This document shows positions 25,656 to 38,900 of a stretch of DNA of 64,000 nt, one piece after another. Made by a program: the position numbers and the translations under genes. The stretch comes from Azolla caroliniana (lineage: Eukaryota; Plantae; Polypodiophyta). Location: the NCBI GenBank assembly GCA_043228905.1, contig JBHGNT010000013.1:1550001-1614000 (forward strand), in the 5' to 3' direction. The stretch's first letter is position 1. Each line of letters opens with the position of its first letter. The notes beneath the pieces are model-generated. The model saw only the letters and a list, made by a program, of their open reading frames with translations, had not been told where the DNA came from and ran no database searches.

Positions 25656-27645
25656 AGGGGGAGTTTGTTGGGATTACGGTCCCTCCGGATGGGATGGTCA
25701 GATGTCCGGGAATCGGGAATGAAGACCCGAACGAGGAGTACCCGGTATCGGAGCCGGATGATGAAGACCCGGTTCCGGAGCCGGATGATGAAGACCGGGT
25801 TCCGGATCCGGATGCTGAAGACCCGGTTCCGGATCCGGATGATGAAGACCCCGGCTACGGAGCCGGATGATGGATGTACCCGGAGAGAGATCCGGATGCG
25901 GGGACATATTTGTGAATACGTTTGCCAAGGGCCGTCTAGGCTATATTTGTAAATAGCCCGAAAGTCATATGTGTATAAATATGACTTAGGGCAAACAGTT
26001 TAGTGGTGGTTACTCATTTTTCTGGTTTTCCACTTAGAGGGAGCTAAGTGAGCAGCAAAGAGAGAGAGAGAGAGAGAGAGAGACGAAGAGGTCGTTGCCT
26101 CTGTGTACTCTTCTCTTCTGTGGCGAACGAGGAGTACCCAGTATCGGAGCCGGATGATGAAGACCCGGTTCCGGAGCCGGATGATGAAGACCCGGTTCCG
26201 GATCCGGATGATGAAGACCCCGGCTACGGAGCCGGATGATGGATGTACCCGGAGAGAGATCCGGATGCGGGGACATATTTGTGAATATGTTTGCCAAGGG
26301 CCATCTAGGCTATATTTGTAAATAGCCCGAAAGTCATATGTGTATAAATATGACTTAGGGCAAACAATTTAGTGGTGGTTACTCATTTTTCTGGTTTTCC
26401 ACTTAGAGGGAGCTAAGTGAGCAGCAAAGAGAGAGAGAGAGAGAGAGAGAGACGAAGAGGTCGTTGCCTCTGTGTATTACCGCCGCCTGTGGCGAAGGCA
26501 GTGAGCTCAAGGTTGTTGCCTTGTAGCTTCACCATTGTACATCTCTGTTTATAGTGATAGTTGGAGTTTGAGGACTCCCGTGGTTTTTCCCATTTAGGGT
26601 TTTCCACGTAAAACATCCTGTGTACTCTTCTCTCTATTGTCTTCGTGCATTTTGTATTTCCTGTTTTCTGTGAGTTGATCCTATTCCTCGGTGGTGGCCG
26701 AGCACTGTGTTCAACAAGAGATTGCATCCCAGACATCACCATGCCGTTTTTGGACGAGATACCGATAAAAGGGTGTTCGGTGGAGGATAAGGATGAGTCA
26801 GTTGCACCGGATGGTTGCCGGAGGTTTGTTGTGGACCACATCAAAGACTGCGAAAAGGTGCTCCAGAGGCTAGAGAGCGCGCGACTCCCCTTCTCCGGAG
26901 AAAATTTGGCGTTCTGTCAATCAGAAATCTTAGTGGTCGGTCACTTGTGCGGGCCTTCTGGCCGGAAACCATCGCCGGCAAAGGTCGGAGCCATTTATGC
27001 GATGAAGGAGGAATGCAAGTCGATAATGGAGGTGCGGAGGTTCTTGGGGGCGTGTGCGTTCTACCACATCTAGGTTCCTCATTACGCACATATCGCGGAA
27101 CCTCTCTACGAGCTACTAAAGAAAGGATGCAAATTCGACTAGGACGAGGAACATACGGAGTCAGTCTGGAGATTGAAAGAAGCGCTGACCGCGACACCAG
27201 CACTCCGTAAAGCGGTTTAGGACAAAGACGTTCCAATCTATGCAACCGTAGATACGAACCTGACCGGGATAAGATGGGTGATCAGTCAGGAAGACGAGGG
27301 CGGCACACGGTCCCCTATCCGGTTCGAAGCGAAGATACTCAATGAGCGACATCGAGGATACGCCCAAGTTAAGTGAGGGCTCTAGGTATTGTTTCGGCAG
27401 TCAAGGTCGACAAAGATTATCTTATCGGGACGGAGGTAATAATCGAGACGGACTACCTAACGATCCTCGGAATGGTTTCTGGATGCGCGACGCCGGACCT
27501 GGCAATGCTCAGATGGATAACGTTCATCAAGTCCCTGAGTTTGGAGATACGGCACATCTCCGGAAAGAACAACGCCATGGCCGACATGCTTTCAAGAGCA
27601 CAGTTCGACGACGAGGACGACATGGTTTCAGAGAGCAAAGAAGAT

Positions 27646-28758
27646 CGTAAAGATATGCAAGCCTATCCTAAAAGTTCTTAGATTGGCGGATAGAGAAGGT
27701 GCAACCATGGGTTTTATTTATGAATGTACTCATCGTATGATAGAAGAAATAAACCACATTGAAGATGTAGATCGTTTATTGCTTGATGAAATTCGGGGAA
27801 TATGTATGCAAAGATGGACAATGCTACATTCACCATTGCATGCAATTGGCTTTATTTTGCATCCAATTTGGAGAGAAAAAATTCAAGATATTGATGAGAA
27901 GCTGAATACAAGTTGGATGGAAACTATTATGCAGTATACTAATGGTGATATACCTTTATGTGGTGTTTTATTAGATGAATGCTATGCTTATAAAACTCAA
28001 CAAAAGAGTTCATTTCAAGTTCCTATGGCAAATGATCCAACTAGAATGCATGATGCAATTAAGTGGTGGGAAACATTTGGAGCAAGCACTACAAACTTAA
28101 AAAGGCTTACAATTCGTGTGCTTTCTCAAGGTTCATGTGCATCTTCTTGTGAAAGAAATTGGAGTACATTCTCATCGATACATACAAAAAAAAGAAATAG
28201 ATTGACTCATGCTCATGTTGAGAAATTGGTTTACATACATACAAATCATTGTCTCATTAGAAGAATAAAGGAAAGGGGATTGTGCCTAATTGAAGCAACA
28301 TTAGATATGATCAACAAAGAAGAAGATGATGAGAGACTTTTGAGAATGCAAAATCAAGCTATTGATGAAAATGAAGCTCATAAGGACATTAGGGATGAGC
28401 TTGAAGATAAGGATGATGAATGTGATAGTGCATAGACTCTTAAATTTCGAAGCATTACTTAGAAGTTAGAAGTTAGAAGTTAGAACCTAGAACTTAGAAA
28501 TTAGAATATAACGGCTCATAATCGCTTTAATTAAAACTTTTCTTTCTTATGTTAGTGTGATTTTGAAGACCTTCCATTTTTCTATTAATTGGTGATTTTT
28601 CCTTTTTTTCTTAAGTGAATTGAATAATTTTTATTATGTAAATTTATTTTCCATAAACGAATGGTTTTATAATATTCTTGGAGCAATTTTATATTCTCGA
28701 ATACTACGAATATTGAGGATGTCGAATACCACGCATATCACGCATGGGTCAATCTATG
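27646..28758 (+). mobile_element. 3' fragment of a hAT DNA transposon (transposase C-terminus with dimerisation domain)
   Basis: ORF 27683-28435 has LHSPLH..LHP and WWETFG..LSQGSCASSCERNWSTF..KRNRL. Subterminal CGAATA repeats and a probable terminus ..CAATCTATG at 28758 (end position inferred). Confidence 0.85.
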
Positions 28759-28915
28759 ATTATTATTATTATTAAGTTTATTTATTATTGGGCCAAATTT
28801 GCTTTTAGAAGATATTCATATTTCTTCTTCTTCCTATTATTATTATGTGTTGTTGTTGTTATTATTATTATTATTATTATTATTAATTTTTGTCCAAGTT
28901 TCTCTGCGTGTGGCT

Positions 28916-31900
28916 ATGGCGAGCTCAGCTTCGATGGCTTCTTTAGCAAGCTTCGCTTCAGCGAAGCTTCATACGCTTACCAGAACTCCTTCGTTGCAGA
29001 AGAGTATATTTAGGGCGTATACTCTTCCTCCTCCTCTTCGATTTCCCTCACACAGAAACGCATCGAAACGGGGAAGAAACGGCCCCGTCTCCGCAAAAGC
29101 TTCCTCTCCCCTATTGCAACAGAAAGAAGAAGAAAGAAGGGCTTGTTCTCCATCGATGATGCAGAATCTTATCGCGTTTCTTGAAGAGGATCTTCCTCAT
29201 CTCTTCGATGAGAGAGGGATAACTAGAGATCAGTATGAAGCGAGTGTGCAATTTAGGGATCCTATCACGAAGTATGACTCCATTGATGGATACCTCTTCA
29301 ATATCCAGATGTTGCGATACCTCTTCAGCCCCAAATTTGAGCTCCATAGCGTCAACCAGGTGCCTCTTTTTCTAATGCAGGGTCCATTTGTATGTGATGT
29401 ACTCTTTGTTATTTCGTTTGTTTGTTTAGAGGTAGAAATAAAGATAGAGATAGAGATAGAGATAGAGGGAAATTATTTTGCATTATGGTCTGCCAGGAGG
29501 TCAGAAAGATGACCTGTGGAACCTAAAAACGTGTTATAAGCGAATCTTTTTCAGTTAAGAGAAAGGGTGAATTGCATGTGGCTAATGCATTTTTCTCAAG
29601 GTAATTGCTGTGCATAGGAATATGTTGTACCAAAGGGACAAGTTACATGGCACCAAGGAAGATGTGTGCCTAACAGCTCTCCATTTGTGCATAAAGGCTC
29701 TTTCAGGCTATAGTTCTCTTAAGAGATTCTCAGACATATTTTGGTCACTTGGCCAGTCTAAACTAACACAGCAGCCCATAAAACATTACACTTTTGCCCT
29801 TTGAAATAGATTGTTAAGATGGCGCCAAAAAACGCATGGGTACCTTCATCCTCTCCTTTGGTGGTGACCACCCAAACAGATAGAAATCTAAAAGGCCTAC
29901 GTACAAACAATGGGAGTAAGTTCCATGTATTGAATTTAGAAGCTTTTGTGTGTTACATGATATAAAGAGGCGGGAAATAAAAGGCTCCTCTTTTAATGGC
30001 TCAGCTTAAAGATATAATAAGAAACCATGTGAGGGTGAGATATGTGCTGTCCACAGCTATCTCCCTCATGGCTTTTGTGGAGAGGACATTAAAACATCAA
30101 TCATATATGCAATAGATCCCCTTACACAGCATTAAAAGGTGGCATCTCTAAGGATGTCTGGTCAAGCAAATCAGCCTCATATGATCATCTACACATCTTT
30201 GGCTGTGATGCATTTCTGCACATTAGACATGAGCTTAATATTAAACTTCATGCAAAGTGCACTCCTTTTTTATTAATGTGAAAAGCATCAAACTTTTCGT
30301 ACCATTGTCTTGAGCTTGAGTTTGAGACCATAGTCTTCATTTTATAGACCCAATTAATAGGAATGGCATTCTTACGTTGGGCTATTCAACCAAATCCCAT
30401 GTATTATTTGCATGCAAAGCTTCTATTTTCTCTGCCATTGCTACCTCCCACTTAGACTTTTGCTCACATGATCTAGTCTCTTCTAATGTAAGAGGCTCAC
30501 CCTCATTAGTCAACATAATGTACTGCAAGGAGGGATCATATCTCCCTAAATGTCCCCTTAATGTAGTAGTTTTCAATTACCCAATGATCAACATCATCAA
30601 GCATGGGATCTACATTAGGAGGGACCACAAAATCTTAACCATTACACTATCATTTACAGTGTATTTTCAACATTATTCATTGGCTGCTAATGACCTCCAA
30701 GTGTATGTAATGGCTGTCCATCATTTTCTGCCAACTTTACCACGTGCTCATTATGATTTCCAGCCCTTTGTGGTTCCACCTAAAGCACATTATAATCACC
30801 AATGGCTTGCACAACAAGATTTTCTCAAGTTAGCTTCTTTAAAGACAACATCCCACCCATGTACAACATTTTTGAACTGAAGTAGCTGTATCCTACCTAT
30901 AATTTACACAAAAAGAGATGTAGATGGTACCCTAAATTTTCTGCAGATCTGCTTATTCCTGGTAAAAAGAGAAGTACTATTAATGCATTTACAGACCAGC
31001 TAAATTCATCTTTTTCCATGGAAGATTAGGCCCAGATGAATATATATTGGGGATAAAGAGCGATAAGCAGCAGCTGCTGCTTTATGTATCCCAAGAAAAC
31101 AATATGGAAAATTTGCTTGAAAGGTTCAACATGAACGATGCAAAAGCATTCTGTACCTATGCAGTCACATGTCAAATTGAGCAAAAAAGACTGCCCCAAA
31201 AGATGCTGCTGCTGTGAATTCAATGAAAGCTATACCGTTTTCTTCAGCTTGTGGCTGTGTGATGCATGCCATGGCTGCGACAAGACCAGACATTGCACAT
31301 GCAATGCAAGTTGTTAGTAGAGAGGTTATCAAACCAACTATTAGATATTTGAAGGGAACAAAGAGTAAATATATATGTTATGGAAAGGGTCCATTGGAGT
31401 TACTTGGATTCCATGACTCTGATATGGCAAGTGATGTGGATACATTCAAATCCTTTACTAGATATGTGTTTTCACTTTCCAGTGGTACAGTTTCATGGTG
31501 TTCTTGATTGCAGAGGATCATTGCACCATCTACTACATATGGTAGAGTTACAATCACAGAGATGTATACATGAAAACAAACTTTCGATTACATACGAGAG
31601 TAGCTTGCAATGGTAGTCCACCCATGCGCTCACACCTTAGAGCTTAGATGGAATCTGGACCAGTTGACTACAAAATTAGTGAGGGCAGATAATAGTCACA
31701 GACACTGTGTAAGAGATAGCGAGAGTGGATTGTATTCTCTTTTTGGTCTTAGTGTCGCATTAAATGTGCAAGTCAGTTGTTAGTATTGGAAATATTCTAT
31801 TTTTGTCAATTGACTCGTCATTTAATATGACCCAGCTCCCTAGATACAAGCTAGTGCCAAATAGTATTTATCTTAAATTCAATGGCACAGACTTCAAGAT

Positions 31901-34900
31901 TAAGTATATTGTAACTTGCCCACAGAATATTCTTTTACTCACTTGAATATTCAATCCTATTACCCTACTTCCCTCTTTCCGAAATACATTTTGTGCTACT
32001 CATTTACAATTTCGTACATTGACACCTTATCGACCCATATGGTCGGGTTGCACAATAGCTACTCCTCATTTGGGGCGATATCACAAAATGTGCACACTAA
32101 AGAGTACATGTGGGGATAAATTGACAACTTGGGGTTGATCATTGATTATATCTAACAAAAACGACTATTTTTTGTAATTGATAAGACATTCTAATTGTCA
32201 CATGATCATTTTCCATTTGATAGGTTGTGTATACCAACAACAAGCCAAGCTCATGCATTCCTATATTATATTAGTTGCGTGTTATATATTATCCTTGATA
32301 TTAAATATTTCTTGTATACGATATTAAATATTTCTTGCATCAGTTTTTGTTGATAATTAAGAAATTACAGTGAAACTTATCATTATTTGAGAAGATCTTG
32401 TGGTTACAGTGTTGATTCTGGAACTTTGGAAATCTAACATCTATTATGTTTGTTCTTCGGCAGTCAGGGCCTTGCGAGATCACAACACGATGGACAATGA
32501 CAATGAAGTTTGCACTTCTGCCTTGGAAACCTGAGCTTATTTTTACAGGGTTGTCTATAATGGGCATCAACCCCGATACTGGGAAGTTTATTAGTCATGT
32601 GGTATGATAAACTCGTTGCTGCCTTCATCATTATGAAAATAGTTGCTTATCACATAACTGCATTTAGATGAAATGGTTCATGTGCTCCTCATGTTTCTAT
32701 TACATTGTGGTCTTCACATTATTTACGGGGTTGTCTATAATGGGCATCAACCCCGATACTGGGAAGTTTATTAGTCATGTGGTATGCTAAACTCATTGCT
32801 GCCTTCACCATTATGAAAATAGTTGCTTCTCACATAACTGCATTTACATGAAATGGTTCATGTGCTCATGTTTCTATAACATTGTGGTCTTCACATTATT
32901 TATGCTGTATATTTGTGTTTGGAATGAATTGAATAAACGTTAGAAACAATAATCTATATGACAATTATTAACAAAATGTTATAGGGAACTTATTCTCCCT
33001 TTACCCTATACATACATTAAATTCAATTTAGGAAGGGGGAATCATCTTCTATAGTATATAGATTGATTCCTCTGTTATCATCCTGCAATTCTCAAGATGC
33101 TTGACAGTCTTTTTACAGAGCTGGAATTGATTTCATCTGTTAAAGAGCTATATAGTACAATCGGTCCAGTCATAACAATCTAACGCAATAGGCATATGTG
33201 ATTCTCAGACTGGTTTTATTCAGAACCAATGCATCTTGGACCAATCATAATTCATTCCTCACACCTACATTCATTCTCCTTAATAATTTTGAAAAACCTT
33301 ATGATAGATTGCATTGGCAGTTTTTCCAGGGAACCATGCAGGCAATGGATCTTGTCTAACTGTTGGATAACAAGGGTTTTTGGTTATATTGTTCTTCTGG
33401 TACTTCAGTATTGATCGCTCTTAATTGTTTCTATTCTTTTCTGGGGCTTTATCTGGCTTCTAACATGACCAGCTTCCCCATTTCAGGCCGTGGATTTGCC
33501 TGATCAGGTTGATTCTCTGATCAGGATGACACTTTCTCTTTTAACATTCTGGAGAGGTTTTTGATGTTTTAAAATCATCTGGCATCAATATTGGAGATAT
33601 GGCAAATTGGCACAAGCGTTATGGCTTGTTCGTTATGCCGTGACCTCATTGAGGGATGTTTGGACTGTTTCCCTTGATCAATTAGCCACTAATTCGTGCC
33701 TCTATCCTGGCTTTCACATTAATATTCAGTTGCCCCAAAAGCAGAAGTTAGATCCTCTGTTTACTTCCATACATTGAAAGTTTTATCATGGTCAGGTGTC
33801 GACTTATTCGTATACTGCTTGCATGGTAACTTTATTGCAGTTAAATTGTTAGTCTGAACTAATTAGAGGCTAGTAATTATTAGTCACAACACACCCATGG
33901 TCAGGTGGTTCAGCGTACAGTGAGTTTGCCTTTCATAGAGGTCTCATTGAATCATAAAACTTGGCTCTTCATCCATTAAAATATACGTGTCATTGCCGGA
34001 CAATCAGTTGGACAAGTATTTATTTTTTCAACTAAATTTCAATCAATGACCTCCATCTATAATAGATTAGATACCAATAATAGGTTCAATCATTAAACTC
34101 TATTTATAATAGGTGAATATCATTGATAGATTGATATCATTTTAAATAATTTTGCTGAGATATCCTACTAAAGGTTGTGTACATGTGTATTATTGCTAAT
34201 TAATCAGAGTACTCATTTTTCTATTAACAATTGTGCATCAGCTTTGTGCTATAAGAAACAAAATTGAATCATATTTCAAGGCAATTTATTTAGGTTTTGG
34301 TTGATGTCTCTTTTGAACTAGGACCTTTGGGACTCTATTAAAAATAACGAGTATCTTTCCACCGAGGCAATTTTGGATCTTCTGAAGCAAGTGAGTATAA
34401 GTACAGTATACATACATTTGATGCATTCATATAGTGTTGCAGAATGTTAATCAAAATTTATCAATTGTGGTTATTCATGAATTAAGTTAGTTTGTTAATT
34501 ATAAACCATGGGACGGATAAGTGAGCGTGAGCAGGGAAGAATGCAACTTACATCAGTTACAGATGAATTTATCTGATACTTTATCCTTGTATTATCCTGC
34601 ATAGCTATAAACCTCATCCTTCAATCTCAGATATGCATTGGCATATCTGGAATTCCTTTAAATAAATTAGAATGTCTGTGTGTACCGTAACGCTAATGTA
34701 TCACCCACAAGGTTATCTATGGTCAAATTTCTTGAAGCTTTTATTAATTTCTGTGAAAGAATCCAAATTCAGTTATTTACCTCCATTGTTCATCTTGCTG
34801 GAATTTATATATATGGGTTAATAAATTTTATTGTTAATAGTATTATCTTCTGCAACAGTTGCAGTGTATATAGACAAAAGAATATATTCTTGACTAGAAT

Positions 34901-37900
34901 ATGAGATCAATTTCCATTTTTTGGATCATTAGTGAATTTTACATGCTCACATGCCAATTCCACAGCAAGAAAAAGTGGGGAAAGGAAAAACGAGGAAAAG
35001 GAAGTCTTATAGTTTACTGCCTGTGGACAAGGATAAACATGCATGTTTCTTAGAGGGAATGATAAAATGACTTCAGTAGCATTATCTGCAGGTGATAGTA
35101 GCAGAGAGACATGTTTTTGTATCAATAAAGCTGGTGGGCTTTTGACAATGTTTGAAAGCTTTCTCTGTTTTGTTTGAAGCGAAATAGTGTAAGGATAGGC
35201 CGCCAAATTTTCAGATTGAGCTCCACATTTCTTTGCTACTCATAAGCTTTGTTTTCCGTTTCTCCCTTTTGGCACTACAGAATGCATTCTCAGAGTCTTT
35301 TACACAAAAGGTTAAACATTTTCCGAAATTGGATGGCTATTACCATTCTAAAATCAGTTGTTGTATTCTCATGCTAAAATCTTCTTGACAAAGTGAAATT
35401 TGCTAAGTTACATGAATCATGATGCCATGCAAATGCAGACGAGTGCAAAAGTACTGGTTTCCAGTTACAAAGGACACTGGATAATACCATAGACTCTGAG
35501 TTCGTCATTGATTTTTGTTTGTTGTTCATAAATACAATTTCATGGTTTGATACAATAATAGGTGTAACTTCAAAGATGCTGACCCCTGGCCTTTGGTCTT
35601 AATCATTATATCTATCTCAGTCTGGTACTAATAACAAGATCATTTGGTCTAGTTTTGAGTTGAGTGCACAAATTCATTAAATTATTCACATGCTTTGAAT
35701 AGGAAACGTATGAAGTGCAGGGAAAATAATTTCATGGAGTTAGATTCAGATTAAGATAGATATAGTGAGAATAATCATTTTGAAACTTCAATCTGCCACA
35801 AAAATAACTTTGCTATTAAGATTCCAATTCTTCTCCAGTGTTCTCTACAATATGTGACATGGATGCTTGGCCCTCTTCCCGACTTTGAATTCCTAGTGAC
35901 TAGATTTTGACCCGCAGATCAACACTGAATGCTAGTTATTAAGGAAACCTGATAATATATTTTTGTATCATAATATCTGACACAGTGATGTTTCTCATCA
36001 AACATTTTGGTCATTTTTTGTATCATCATATCTGACACTGTGATGTTCCTAGTGACTAGATTTTGACTTGCAGATCAACACTGAATGCTAGTTATTAAGG
36101 AAACCTGTTAATATATTTTTGTATCATAATATCTGACACACTGATGTTTCTCATCAAACATTTTGGTCATTTTGCAAATCTTGTCTCTAGGGTGTACCAA
36201 TTAATTATTAAGCTTGTGTCCACTAAATTATTGGGAGCAATTATTCTATAATGTATTATTTTTTAATGACTTCTGGATTGCTACATAATTGAGATATAGA
36301 TGGTAAAATCAAGATTCTTACATGTTAAGTCATCTTATGAGATTCTGTCTTTATATTCTCCAATTATTAGTGTCATAAGAGGATTTAGCAAATATTTTAC
36401 TTAGGATGATGCTGTCAATATTTATTTCATATGCAATCTTCATGATATGCTATATTTTTACTATTGTATATGAACTTTAAAATAATAATATATTCGTTTA
36501 TGTAGTTAAGGTACTACAAGACACCTGATATAGAAACACCGAAGTATCAAGTTTTGAAAAGAATGAGCGCATATGAGGTAAGTAGCTTCTATTTGTTAAT
36601 TGTTCTTTAAAATTTTGGTTGCAGTTTTATTCTAATAATTGTTTCTTTTACTACATAGATTCGTAAATATGATCCTTTCATTGTTGTTGAAGCACAAGGA
36701 GATCGTCTTGCTGGAAATAAAGGTTTCAAGGACGTTACAGAGTGAGCCCACATCTATATTGAAATGTACAATGATGGAGAGAAATGAAATGAAATGTTGC
36801 GCGTAAAGTAAATGGCAGCCTGTTCTACATTGTTACTACAATATTGTGATCAAAGTACAATGTTGTAGGGTCCCTGGTACAGGTTGAGCTATAATGCTGG
36901 GAAGTGGACATATGATGCACAAAATAGATCTGGGAAAGGTAAAACCTGAGTGAGATTGGCCCTATTGCATCAATGTCGATAATAATCTGCCGGGGACAAC
37001 GATACCATGTTTAAAAACACCAGCTGAAGTGATTGGTCAAGTAATATCCCCTCCATAAGGTTCTTCTGGCTGTTGTGTTTGCTCTGAGGTCTCTTTGTGT
37101 GTTCAATCTGTAGAAGTTCCACTACTTTTCTTTGTACAGCCCTCTATATGTTGGCCTTTCTACTAATCAGAAAATACTCTAAACCTGTGGATCTCTTGTA
37201 AAAAGAGTGCCAAGCATCTTTGATCATAGAAATCCATGATGTGGGAAATGGTACGAATCCCTTTCTAAAAACACACAGGAGGTACAGTATAACTCTTATG
37301 CATGCCTGTGTCAATCTTACTTGATGTCATGAGGTTTGAACCATTCCAATGGTTTATCCTAATCCATGAGACTTCAGGATATCAATACATCCAAGGCATC
37401 ATATAAACTCGTCCTCAGTAATGAGGAAAAGATGGTCTCTATATAAGATCATCTTTATCCCCAACTTATGTGGAGGCTCCATGGATGTGCTCCTTCTCCG
37501 GGTCTCTAGCTGAATGAGATCTTGCCTGATGAGTTCTCTGAGTGAGTGGAGTGAGAGATAATGCACAAAGGATTACTGCCCTACAACATTGTAGCTGCTC
37601 ACAGTTATCATGTTCATTTCATCTTAAAATAGGGGTAGCTGGAGTAGCACTTGTTCTTTACAGTTTTTCGTAGCTTCTTGACCCATACTGGGAATCTGGT
37701 TTACCAATTGTACCATGGCATTCAAATTGAATGGTTTTAACTTCAACCAATCTGTGATTGACAGCCAATTTTGATTTATTAATGTGCGGGCTGATATTGT
37801 AAACCGTCCTAATTCATGCTTGATTCATTGGGAACATCTATATTGATTCTTACTTCTTCATCCCGATGTCAAAATCATTTATCTTATCTTATCCCATGTG

Positions 37901-38794
37901 TTACGGATGGACACTGATGGTGGTAAGAGCTTCCACTATTATGAGCGTTGCAGCCATGCTTGATCTGAGAATCTCATTAAGCACTGAGTACGCTCTCTAC
38001 AATATCTAAGGATAAGGCCTTTTTAAGTTAGTGTGGTATCTTGTGTTCATCTTAGGTTTTGTCCAAATTAATTTTGGCAGCAGCTTTTTTTATTAGCAGT
38101 GCAGTATCTTTGCTACTTTGTCATTAGTGCTCGTACCTTGATGCTTTGCCCCTTTGTACTTTTATTATTGTACATAATATATTACATTTTACATAAAATG
38201 CTATATAGATGATTTTGGTAAATATACAGTTACATATTTGGCAATAACTCTAACGGAGAAAGGATACCAATGACGACACCAGTGATTACAAGTACTCCAT
38301 CTGAGACTACGACAGATGTTAATATACAGATTGTGCTTCCAGTTCAGTATAACCTGTCAAGGTGAGATATTCATTTTTGTCATTCGTTGAACCTATGAGG
38401 ATCATGAAGATATCTTGCGTTTTCTGAACATAAGTAGAAGGTTTGCAGCCTTCCTACTCCACTTATTGATGCTGTAAAGCTGCGAGAAGTACCACCAAGT
38501 TTCATGGCAGCTTTAAAATTTAGTGGTGAAACAACTGAAGAGATTGCAAAGGAGAAGGAACAAGAACTTCGCTCATCTCTAATTGCTGATGGGCTGAAGC
38601 CAAAACCTGGATTCATGCTAGCACGCTACAATGATCCAGGAAGAACGCAGAGTTTTATAAGGGTGAGTAGAATTTGGTGTTTAAGTTCTCATTGTCACGT
38701 TACGTTTTAGTAGAGATCTACTCATTAATAATTCTTTTGTTTCTTCCAGAGGAATGAGGTATTGATCTGTATTGATAACTTTACGATGGAATAA
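28916..38794 (+). CDS. Plastid SOUL haem-binding family protein with an N-terminal SnoaL/DUF2358-like domain (HBP5-like), 398 aa. Exons 28916-29359, 32464-32601, 34322-34390, 36506-36577, 36659-36741, 38230-38361, 38449-38662, 38750-38794
   Basis: All introns are GT-AG with consistent phase (1197 nt total). S/A/R-rich transit peptide. Motifs [43 protein letters not shown]. Confidence 0.9.
29540..31620 (+). mobile_element. Highly degenerate copia remnant in intron 1, with an internal inversion (~30270-30940); boundaries approximate
   Basis: Plus strand: [32 protein letters not shown]. Minus strand: [19 protein letters not shown]. Confidence 0.75.
32542..32901. repeat. ~180-bp tandem duplication covering the 3' half of SOUL exon 2 and its donor site
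   Basis: Near-identical sequence at an offset of 180. Confidence 0.92.
35890..36173. repeat. Intronic tandem duplication (offset 156)
   Basis: TTCCTAGTGACTAGATTTTGAC.. at 35890 and 36046. Confidence 0.85.
36856..37593. mobile_element. Intronic insertion bounded by a 15-bp inverted repeat (MITE or solo LTR)
   Basis: TACAATGTTGTAGGG (36856-36870) and CCCTACAACATTGTA (37579-37593); internal TATA-like CTATATAAG. Confidence 0.5.
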
Positions 38795-38900
38795 ACAACC
38801 TCACATGATGGTTTTACTTGGAGAAATATATGGCTGCTCTCAAAATCTTGGATCTTCCTTGTACAATTCTTATGTAAACTGTAGGTGGTAGTTTATGCTT

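Larger units (their letters stand above)
20867..26716 (+). mobile_element. Full-length Ty1/copia (Tork/Tnt1-like): 5' LTR 20867-21550, PBS 21554-21565, 3' LTR 25666-26716, TSD AGAGA
   Basis: Both LTRs are TGTTGGGATTAC..TTCAACA. The TSD is perfect (20862-20866 and 26717-26721). PPT GAAGGGGGAG. The host RT frame (KVLR|DCIP) is restored on removal. Confidence 0.97.
17685..27645 (+). mobile_element. tRNA-Trp-primed Ty3/gypsy element, degenerate and 3'-truncated: 5' LTR 17685-18309, PBS 18316-18334
   Basis: TGT..ACA LTR. PBS TGGTGAACCCAACGTGAAT is complementary to the 3' end of plant tRNA-Trp with one mismatch. Gag, protease (LIDHGSEINLMS), RT (DLYSGYDQ, LPQG, FLDEIPIKG) and RNase H are homologous to the element at 55997-62840. 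Sequence switches to hAT near 27645. Confidence 0.88.

Noticed and set aside
28744-28915. Hydrophobic N-terminal extension of ORF 28799-29512 and ORF 28744-29013
   Set aside because: Translation of (ATT)n/(GTT)n microsatellite; the real start is the ATG at 28916.
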